This document shows positions 54,575 to 64,000 of a stretch of DNA of 64,000 nucleotides, one piece after another. The translations under genes and the position numbers were made by a program. Location: contig CP075497.1 in assembly GCA_021613535.1 (NCBI GenBank), positions 4,092,001-4,156,000 on the forward strand, in the 5' to 3' direction. The notes under the pieces are model-generated. The model worked only from the letters and a program-made list of their open reading frames with translations. It did not search any database and was not told where the DNA came from. This DNA is from Adineta vaga. Lineage: Eukaryota; Animalia; Rotifera. The number at the start of each line of letters is the position of its first letter. Position 1 is the stretch's first letter.

Positions 54575-56491
54575 TCAGTAGTCGATTATCATTCCAAAAG
54601 TAAGAGATACATTAACGAATGCGTAAATGAACTGATTCGAGGACGTATTATTCATTACTTGTTGAGATGTTGATGTTTGTGCAGAAGCCATTTGATTATA
54701 TCGTGAACTTTGTTGTTGATAAAACATCTGTGGTGTGATAATTTGTCGTGGAAGATATGATGTTGGAGGTGGTGGTGCTTGTGGCCAATCATCTAAATAA
54801 TTTCATAGAGAGAAGACGAATAGTTTTTTGTTTGTTTGTTTATAATACTTTGTTCAGTTTTATTTGAACGTTGTTCACGATAATGTTGCATTTGAGATAG
54901 TGGTAATGTTTGTTGATGAATAGAACTATTCGGCATATTATTACGCATGTTTGAATATCGTTTAGGACGTTCATTCATTGAAACATCTGGTGAAAGATTT
55001 AAAGATGTTCTCTCTAAATATAAAAAAAAGATATATGTAGATAAGATGAACAGATTTTTGTCTTTCTATGATTAATCTTCTACGTTGATAAGATGGTTTT
55101 TGTATGAGATTTCGATTCGTATTATTCATTTGTAAACGAGGTGGTAAATTTGGTTTATTCTCAGATAATTCATAGGTTTTTCTTGGCTGATTAAAAGAAT
55201 TAATTGATGTTTTGAAGAATTTTGGATCATTTCGAGTAAAATTATTCTTATATTTTGAAGTATTATCTTGTTGCTGAAAATCATTAGTTGGAAGACTTCG
55301 ACGACGATGATATGTTCGTTCATCGATTTGTGTTTGATCATAATCACGTCGTTGTCGATGAGGTGTTACTTGTACTTCTTTTGGAACAGTTGTTTCTCTT
55401 TTCAAATTACTACGATTATATGATGATGATGATGATGATGAATGCTCATAATCTTTCAAATCAAATTGATTCATTCGATTGTTGATCGAAGTAGGATTGG
55501 TTTTATGTGACATTCGTTGCTGTGGAAAATTATTGTATCCTGTATGTGATTGAGACATGTAATCGTTAACATGGAATCGATTCTGATGATAATCACGCCT
55601 AGGAATTGATTTTTTAAAACAAATTAAAGTGTTTGATAGTGAAAAACATACGGAGAATGTTCGTGATCATGTTTTTGTAATGGACGTCGAAATGTTGACT
55701 TCTCTTCATCACGTAAAAACAGATCATGCTGCCATTTACCATCGAAATCCGTAGAAAGTCGATAATTATTTCTTGTTATTTCTCTTTAAAGATAAAAGAA
55801 TTAGAATACACAATAAAAACAAATGATTCTATTTACTTTTTTGATTGATTAGTTTCATCTAAAGTTCTATCATCATGTTCATAGAATCTTCCTTTTCGAG
55901 GAATATAAGCGGGATTTTGAGTATCATTATCATCATCAAATGTTTCTTTTCTATTCTCGGATTTTTTCTTATCATCAACAATTACTGATTCGATAGTTGG
56001 AACACTTTGATTATCATTATCATCATCGCCTTCTGAATGTTCCTTCTCTAAATGGTTTTCATTACTTCGCCGAGGTTTAATATCTATATCCACTTCATCT
56101 TCATCCATAGTTTTCTAGAATTAAAACAAAAAACCATACAAATCAATCGTATGACCAATCTCTTCTTGTTACTTTGAAAAGAGCTTTCTTTAAAACCGAA
56201 CTTAACAATGAACCATCATCATCTTCTTCTTCATCATCATCCAAATCTTCATATTCAGAATCATCTTTGTCATCACATTCATTTCCTATTTCGTTCGAAC
56301 ATTTTTGATCAGTATCAATTTCCAGAGATTCTATTTTTTGATCAGAGATTGAAATCATTCTTGATTCATCTACAAAAAGAACTTCGCTTAATGTTTTGAT
56401 TCTAAAGAAAATTCATACCACCATTCATTGCTATTGTTTCATCTTCTTGTAGATTTGTTAAATTCTCACTTATCTGATTTGGATCTGACAT
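54575..56491 (-). CDS. CASC3: CASC3/MLN51/Barentsz-like exon-junction-complex subunit
   Basis: SELOR/Btz motifs DDDNDTQNPAYIPRKGRFYEHDDR and GKWQHDLF, acidic N-terminus, low-complexity C-terminus; 3' end approximate. Confidence 0.8.
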
Positions 56492-56699
56492 TTTTTAATC
56501 TGAAAACTGCGAAGTGGTGATATCGAACTTGGTAAAAGATTATCGATGAACCAATCATATATCAACTGCTCTAATCTGAAGATAGGTTTTTTTTACACTT
56601 TTTAATGAATTTATTTCTTTTTAACATTTCTTTACATTAAGAATCGATATATATTTTATTAAATCACCGTTTTCTTTTCTTGATTGGTAGAAGAAGGTC

Positions 56700-56712
56700 G
56701 TCTCTTAGCAAC
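56700..56712 (+). promoter_or_regulatory. RFX X-box-like element
   Basis: GTCTCTTAGCAAC ~75-85 bp upstream of the SPATA4 ATG. Confidence 0.55.
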
Positions 56713-56785
56713 AAACATATATATGGAAAGTAGACGGTTGCTTTTTATTATCTGTGATATTCAAAAGAAAACATTTTTCATCGCT

Positions 56786-57974
56786 ATGGTTGCTCGAACA
56801 TCTCGTGAAGTTCTACGTTGGCATGAAAGTCTCTATCTAACATATCCTATCATTGTTCCAAGATGGTATGTAAAACATATGTTTATCTTTTCAAGCACTT
56901 GAAATTCCTTTCTAAAAACAATCAACACATCACTTTAAAACTACTTCATCAAATGCTTGAGGGATTCGTGTGTATACATAATAATCACATTTGATGCATT
57001 CTTGTTTTTATTTCAAGGGATTTAGCTAATGGATTTACCTATGCAGAAATCTTGCATGTTTATTTTCCTAATGAAATCAATATGTTGAATTTTCTTAATG
57101 GTCGTTCATTGAATTGTCGATTATTGAATTGGGCAATGATTAAACAATTTCTCAAAAAGAAAAATCTTCCAATTAATCATGAATATATCGATGCAACATT
57201 ACATCGAAAAGATGGCGGTGCGGAAGGATTACTCGAACAAACTTATGAATTATTAACAAATAAAAAGTAAAATATGAAAATGAAATTGTTCTCTTATTTG
57301 AATTTGTTATTCTTTCAGACCATTTCTTGATACTTCCTATGAACGTAATACTCAGTTTACTGATCATATTTATGAACAAACATTAGACTATTTTCAACGA
57401 TCACATACCTCGAAATCAATAAAAAATAATTTGAAAATTTCCGAATTAATCACTGATCCATCCTATGCGCATCAAGCCAAAAAAGTATGTCTTTCTTTTC
57501 TTTTTTTCTCTCAAAATTTCTTTCGTTCTAAAATAGAATGAATATATTCGTGATCAATTAAAAAATGAACGTCAAAAACTACGTCTTGATAATCCACAAC
57601 GATTTGATATTAAACCATCATTAGCTATACGTTGTTTACGAAAGCCTCTTCAATTAGAAATCAATCCTCAAGATTGGTATACAAAATCTTTTGTTTCACG
57701 CTCACGTTCAGCAACTTCAGTATCGAATAAGATGCCTAGTACGAAACAAGCATCACGACAAATTTCAGCTGATCGTTCAAAACAAAATTCCAAATTACAA
57801 TTTCAACGAGGTAAATTAACAATTCAAAGAAAACTTCAAATTGAATGTTTATTTTTATTTATTTTAGAAAAAGGAACTATTGACGCGAATGAAAATGACA
57901 CATATTATAAAGAAATTATTGTAAAACAAAATACTATACCATTGGATGACCTTACGAATATAAACGAAGCTTAA
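56786..57974 (+). CDS. SPATA4: Spermatogenesis-associated protein 4-like (CH_2 domain, ciliary)
   Basis: SREVLRWHESLYLTYP..RW|DLANGFTYAEIL..YFP..NGRSL..RLLNW..LLEQTYELLTNK. Confidence 0.82.
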
Positions 57975-58436
57975 AAAACTATTTTCCGAATATTTTTTTT
58001 CTTCTATTCATTTATTATTGGTAAATATATAAATATTTTCACGAAAATAGTATTTCATCGCATTTGATTTGACAGTTAGTTGGAAAGAAAGAATGAATGT
58101 ATAAGTAATGCTAATGATTCATCATCCTTCGCCAGTGAAGGAGAAAGAATAAAAGATACACACTAGTTTTCAAGGGCAAACAAATGAGTCACAAGTTGTT
58201 GTGTTGTGTGTCATAGCATCTCGCCGTAATATCTCATGAGCTAAGAAATCACTTGCTCATATGTATATGGTTGGGATTTCTGAGTCACACACTTGTGACG
58301 AGAAGTATATAAGGACTTTTGCTTTGCTTTCGAGAACATGCTTTCTCTCATTGTCTCTTTCGGGTCGGAATAAAGGTCTTTACATTGCACAACGAAGAAA
58401 AAATTCACATGTTCATTTAACAATTCAGATATCACA

Positions 58437-59258
58437 ATGGCATCTTCAGTGCGACATTTAATCTTACTTGGCGACAGTATACTCGATAATGGTTCATATG
58501 TTCGTGGACAACCTGCTGTGATTGATCAATTGAAAACGAAAATAAAAGATCAAGGTTGGAAAGCAACATTACTTGCTGTTGATGGAAATGTTCTATCACA
58601 TATTGCTGATCAGATAAAGCGAGTTCCTGACGATGCAACACATTTATTCATTTCAATCGGTAAAATTTATTTCAATTTTATTCTATCAAAAGATGAGTCA
58701 TATTATACGTAGGTGGAAATAATGCACTTTCATATATGCATCATTTACAACAATCAGTTGGATCCGTTGGTGAAGCTTTGCTAATTCTTCATAAAATTAA
58801 AGCAAACTTCGAAAAAGTAAACAATGTAAAATATTTGATTTGATTCCTTATTTCCTTGCGAGATTGTTTTAGGATTATCGAGAAATGTTAAAACAAGTGA
58901 CTTCGTTAAAACGTCCTGTTACAACTTGTACAATATATAATCCTCGTTTTCCTGGTTCACATGAACAAACAATGTGTGAAACAGGTTTATCTGCTTTAAA
59001 TGATGTCATTGTAACAGAGTCAACGAAAGTATATCGAATTTTTGAAATTTATTTAATAGATTTAGTCATTCTCTATTTTAGCTCGGCATTCCAGTGATCG
59101 ATTTAAAAACAATATTCAATGATCCAAAAGATTATGCCAATGCAATCGAACCTGGTGTTCAAGGTGGAGCAAAGATCGTTGAAAATATTCTCTTTGTTGT
59201 CAATCATCATCGATTTCATGAAAATATCTGTTCGATCTACGCGAAAACAAAACCATAA
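58437..59258 (+). CDS. Bacterial-type SGNH/GDSL hydrolase with 3 introns (HGT candidate)
   Basis: HLILLGDSILDNGSYV, WKATLLAVDG, PDDATHLFISI|GGNNAL, CTIYNPRF, DYANAIEPGVQGGAKIV. Confidence 0.85.
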
Positions 59259-59388
59259 ACAATGATTTTTTTTTGTGTTATATATATATATTTATTTCCG
59301 AATCTTAAATAATAAACAAGCTTAACTTTGTTTTTCTCTTATTGAAATGATAAAAAAGTTTTTTTTATAATTGTTGCTTGACAAATTT

Positions 59389-59736
59389 TCATTGAGGTAC
59401 GGATTTAAGAGCACCATCTTGACCAACTTCGAATTGCCAACCATGTTTTGGTGATGTAACACCTTCAAATGGAGCTGTTAATTCTTTTGTTGAACCATCT
59501 TGTCCTTTAATAGTTAATTTTTGAACGAATTTACGTTGTTCATGTTCACCCGTTTGAACGGTTTTTTCTTCAATTGATTGTGAACCACCTTTTGGAACAT
59601 TGACAGTCACTCTTTCACTATGATTACTGTCTGAACCAGCATATTCAACTTCGACAGTTACATCGTTGTCACTAGAATTTTTCAATGTTGCTGAGTAAAC
59701 ATGGCTTGGAGCCTTGAGTCCACACATTTGTGCCAT
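59389..59736 (-). CDS. Uncharacterised small beta-rich protein, family member 1 (no signal peptide)
   Basis: 115 aa ORF; TATA ~59870 and a 5'UTR intron; shares VYSA-x3-N, EK, APF-x2-V and WxFxV with the next two genes. Confidence 0.85.
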   Translation of the reverse strand: MAQMCGLKAPSHVYSATLKNSSDNDVTVEVEYAGSDSNHSERVTVNVPKGGSQSIEEKTVQTGEHEQRKFVQKLTIKGQDGSTKELTAPFEGVTSPKHGWQFEVGQDGALKSVPQ

Positions 59737-60717
59737 AATTATATTCTACAAAAAAAGATAAACGACTAGGTAAAAACGAGTAGAAGAAAAAAGTAATGTA
59801 AACTAACTTGTAGTTGCAATGAAATAAGAAAGTGAGTAGAAGAAAGAAAATGCTGTATGTATGTGTGTTTATATATACGCTATGATAAGAAAAATGTTTC
59901 TGTTCTCAAGATAAAGAATGCAAATAAACCCCTACAGTCGAGTGCTCGGTAGGTGATTCACACATGGACTTTTTAACGTGGAGAAAATAAATATGAATTT
60001 GAGAGAGATATTCCCATTAAAATTTTGAAAAGAAAAGTATTTCATAGGAACGATGAGTCATACAATAAACATATGGGAATTTAAATAAAAGAAATTATTT
60101 TGAGGGTATTACTCAACTATCTATCGAAGAAGATAAAAAATATATTACAAAAGATGAACAATTGATAACAGAATGTGCGAACAAACAATTATCATTCTTA
60201 TTAAAATCGATGTAATTGAATACAACTGATAAACGCTCGATTCAACCAGTAGAAGAAAATGAAAAAGTCGAAGTATGACTTGATTTTATATAATAGTCGA
60301 TAGCTGATATATATTTTCGATGAAATGTTTGGAAAAACAATCGAACATATACCCAGACATGTTCGTATATGTATATAAAAAGATAAATTTAGAGACCTTG
60401 GAAAGTAGAAAAGAAGAATGAATAAGTTAAGACGTGTGCAAATATATCTTATTCAAATAAGAGAAGAATATCCTAGAATATCTAGCTTATTGAAAAGACG
60501 ATGACAAATTACAGTTTTACAATGACTAACTTCTGCTTTATCATAACGTTTTGTTTCTAGCATCGTTAGTAAGCCCTTCAACCTTTGTACTGTGTTTAGA
60601 TAAAATGATAAATATTTATTTCACGAATATAGATAAGCGTTTTCTTTTTCTTCTTCAATCAGATAAGATGATAATGTTCATTCAAACAAAGAGTTAAATA
60701 ATATGTTCAGTTTCGTC

Positions 60718-61098
60718 TTATTTACATGAACCTGGTCCAACTGAAACAAGTTTATTTGGTTCAACATTAAATTGCCAACATCTTTGCGTTTTAGTTACTT
60801 TTGGAAATGGAGCAATAAGACCTAGATCACCACATGTAATCGATTCAATAAATGCACCTGCTGTCCATGTTCCCATATCAACAATCTTTTCATTGACAAT
60901 TGTTTGTTGATTACTTGGAATTGTAATAATTTCATTGGGAATTGCAGTAACACTAAATGTGCCCCAACCAATACTGCAATCCACAGGTATGTTTCGTATG
61001 TTTCGAACAACAGCAGAAAAAACAATGCCTGGTATAGGTTCTGCAGAAAGTGTCGAAAGTAGACACAAAGTAAAAACAGTTAAAATAATTGTTGCCAT
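60718..61098 (-). CDS. Uncharacterised small secreted protein, family member 2
   Basis: 126 aa, signal peptide, VFSAVVRN, CGDL, APFPKV, WQFNVEP. Confidence 0.85.
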   Translation of the reverse strand: MATIILTVFTLCLLSTLSAEPIPGIVFSAVVRNIRNIPVDCSIGWGTFSVTAIPNEIITIPSNQQTIVNEKIVDMGTWTAGAFIESITCGDLGLIAPFPKVTKTQRCWQFNVEPNKLVSVGPGSCK

Positions 61099-61880
61099 GA
61101 ATGAATAAAGTTAAAACTGTAAATTATTAGAAATCAAACTAGTCAACGTCTTATATAGATCAGTATTCAGATCATATTTCTTTGTTTTGTATATCACGAA
61201 ATATAATCGTTCTCGAACAAACAGAAGAGTCCATTACAAAAATGATATATGTAAAATTTATACAAAATATTTTATATCCTGTTGAGAATAAATTATGAAT
61301 TGTTAGATTTCCAAAGATTTTGAATAAAACTTATAAAGTTATATTTCATCGATCAAGAAATAGACAATAGAAAAAAGATAACTTTAGTTTACAAAACACA
61401 TTTCTCCGATGCGTTGAAGAAATCGATTCAAATTCGATAAAATCTGTGAATATCAATGTTCTCGTCTAAATCTCAAATTCGTACTTAATTTATGCGAACA
61501 AACTTGTTTTTGAAAAAAAACTAGAAACATGATCACGATTCGACAAATAAACATTTATTCATCTTCAATGGATTACTATTTAAAGAAAATTTTATGTATA
61601 TAAAACTACGCAATTGCAATATTAATGCAAAACAAATGTTGTCTTATGATCATCTATTGGTTTTCGTTTCGAAATAACTGACCTTTGCTTTTGCAAGGTT
61701 ATTAGAATCATGCTAGACATATTCTGCTATGGTTTCTTAAAAGTCTTTCATTTGTAGATGATTAAAAATAGTAGATGTTCTGTATTGTCGAAAATAAAAG
61801 TTTACAGAAATAAGTAAATGCAGATATTTACAAAAAAAGAAAATGAAATTGTTCGAGATAAAAATAAGTTTGTTGATATT

Positions 61881-62279
61881 TTAGTTTGTACTTTCAGAAA
61901 CATGAGAACTAGGTCCAACGGAAACAATTTTGCTTGGTTCAACACGAAATTCCCAATTTTCTTGTACGGTCTTAACATTTGGAAATGGTGCTCGAAGTAC
62001 TAAATCTCCACAACGGATTCTTTTAATAATTCCACGTGCTGTCCATGTATCCATATCAAAGAGTTTCTCCTTGACTGTATAGTATTGATTTCCTGCAACT
62101 GAAATTAGATTACTTTGAAGCTTAGTACTCGATGGTGTAAGCCAGCCAATCTTGCATTTAATAGCAGAATTTCGCGAATTATAGATAACAGCTGAATAGA
62201 CATCAGTTGGTGAAGGTAATGTTGAGATTGTTGATGAAAATAATAAGATACAAAGAGAAAAATAGATTATCGTCGACAT
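61881..62279 (-). CDS. Uncharacterised small secreted protein, family member 3
   Basis: 132 aa, signal peptide, VYSAVIYN, CGDL, APFPNV, WEFRVEP. Confidence 0.85.
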   Translation of the reverse strand: MSTIIYFSLCILLFSSTISTLPSPTDVYSAVIYNSRNSAIKCKIGWLTPSSTKLQSNLISVAGNQYYTVKEKLFDMDTWTARGIIKRIRCGDLVLRAPFPNVKTVQENWEFRVEPSKIVSVGPSSHVSESTN

Positions 62280-62436
62280 TATTTCAGATCTAGAACAAAA
62301 CGAAACGGATAATTTTCTAACAGCTTTTTTTTATACATGGTGATGATCGACCATGTTGTTTTGATAATTTATTGTTATTTCATGAACAAAGACTAGAAAC
62401 AAATTAATCTACTGTTCGTATTACTACTATTGCTTC

Positions 62437-63428
62437 ACAAATTTTTGTAATTTTTCAAGTAAACCAATATATTGTCGATGTTCATAAGCAGTAGAGAAAT
62501 CGGTAAGTTGATTGGCAAATTCTAAAAGATGAGATAAAATTCATTTCTAATTGATCAGAAGAATAAAAATATGCTTCTTTTCTTTTTTATCAAATTAATC
62601 TTTTTGCTATAGAATTTCTGAGACAAAAAAAAGACAATCGAAACAAACCTTCACCAATGCCATGTTCTTCAAGTAAATTGAGTAATTTATCATAAAGTTC
62701 ACCATCAATCACTGAACAATCTGAACTATATATCGTTTCATTCCATTCTCCATCATGAATTGTAAATTCATCAATTTGAAAATCTTCTAAGAAATTATCT
62801 GGAGCATCACTTTCTTGTTCGTTATTCATTCCAGGAGTTTGATCACGTGCATTAGGATAATCATTTGGTAAATATGAACAAATAAATGATAATATTTGAT
62901 TATCACGATTTATATCGACAGTAAATGTTGGTCGAGATTTTAATTGTGTTGTCGCATCATCTGATTTTTGTTCGGATTCTGTAGGATTTAAATCGGATTC
63001 TTGATCAGATTCATTTGCATTCACCGTATTTGTTACATTGAATTTCACAGTAACTTTATCTTTACCCGCTTGACGAGTTAAGGTTACTTCTGGACCATCA
63101 GTTTGTACCTGAAAAATAATTAATGGATGAGAAATAAGAATCAGAAGAGAAAAATATTAACTTGAAAATTTGAAATATCTGGTAAATTGCTTGGATGTTT
63201 TTGAGCTGTTTTTTCTAATTTAATTTCTTTTTGAAGAAATGTATCCAGATCACGATAAGCATTATCATTCGTTTGTAACGATGAAAATGTTCGAATTGGA
63301 AGAGAACGTTGAATTATTGCTAATGATCGATGTGAATTTTGAATTGAAGAATATAAACGTTGATTTATATTCGTAGTTGTAAGTTTAGCTAATTGAAATA
63401 AATTTCGTGTAACACAACGAAACGCCAT
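62437..63428 (-). CDS. C1QBP: Mitochondrial glycoprotein p32 / MAM33 family
   Basis: Mitochondrial presequence, FLQKEIKLEK, KSRPTFTVDINR, DGELYDKLLNLLEEHGI, STAYEHRQYIGLLEKLQKFV; 3 exons. Confidence 0.9.
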
Positions 63429-64000
63429 TTGGAAATAATCTTTAGGATAGAATAGAATAGAACTAAACTTGAGTAAGAGTAATATATCAGTTTGCTTTAG
63501 ATTTAGAGCAATCAATTTTTATTATTCAATACGTATGTGTTACATCAGAGAGGTCTGAAATAGATGGCGTTATTAGCTTTTAGATTTTGGTGTCGCTTAT
63601 ATACATTCGTACAATTCAAATGATTTCATCGTTTCATTTCATTGTTTGAATCAAATAATGATTGATTTGCATTAAAAGACTTCGAATCGAATATAAAATT
63701 TTATTTATGTGTTACCACATTTTGTCTACCATCCGATCAGATATTTAAATAGCTAAGAAAATTCTACAATTGATGAAGTGATTTTAAAGAATAGATGTAC
63801 AAAATATATTCTCAAATTAGAAAGAAACCTATGCTAATGTTAGTTAGAGTGCTTTACTCTAGCCTTGATTCAAGTAGTATTCTAATAATTTCGAGGTTAA
63901 AAATCGTCAAAACTTAGTCCATTCATGCATAGATTTTAGTTTCCTTGGAAGAATTCTTTTACTTTTATTGATATCTACAGGTCTTTTATTTTCTCATATG

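Overview
AT-rich, gene-dense eukaryotic DNA with mostly ~50-65 nt GT-AG introns. The intron size, a lineage-type chemoreceptor GPCR and an intron-containing bacterial-type gene suggest a bdelloid rotifer (inference). About 27 protein-coding genes were assembled by hand: SELENOO 3' end (Cys form), an aminergic GPCR, a chemoreceptor-type GPCR, TSNAXIP1-like, AK3, an orphan, SoxC, TGS1, syntaxin-6-like, UBA3, SKAP-like, LRRC34, a stand-alone HMA copper chaperone, CTR1, ATP7, a GT31 glycosyltransferase, PPCDC, RPS26, ACP7, a CS-like orphan, an aerolysin/ETX-like protein, an alpha7/ACR-16-like nAChR, CASC3-like, SPATA4, a bacterial-type SGNH hydrolase, three tandem paralogues of an uncharacterised small family, and C1QBP. 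Most notable: (1) a contiguous copper-homeostasis cluster (chaperone, importer, exporter) whose chaperone resembles CopZ or an ATP7 metal-binding domain rather than ATOX1; (2) a candidate SL-trans-spliced operon UBA3-STX6-TGS1; (3) an aerolysin-like pore-former with a predicted myristoylated N-terminus; (4) a putative HGT/defence island at 58.4-62.3 kb. Four single-base lesions in otherwise intact genes probably reflect assembly errors. No RNA genes, CRISPR arrays or intact transposons were recognised. Family assignments come from recalled motifs, not database searches.
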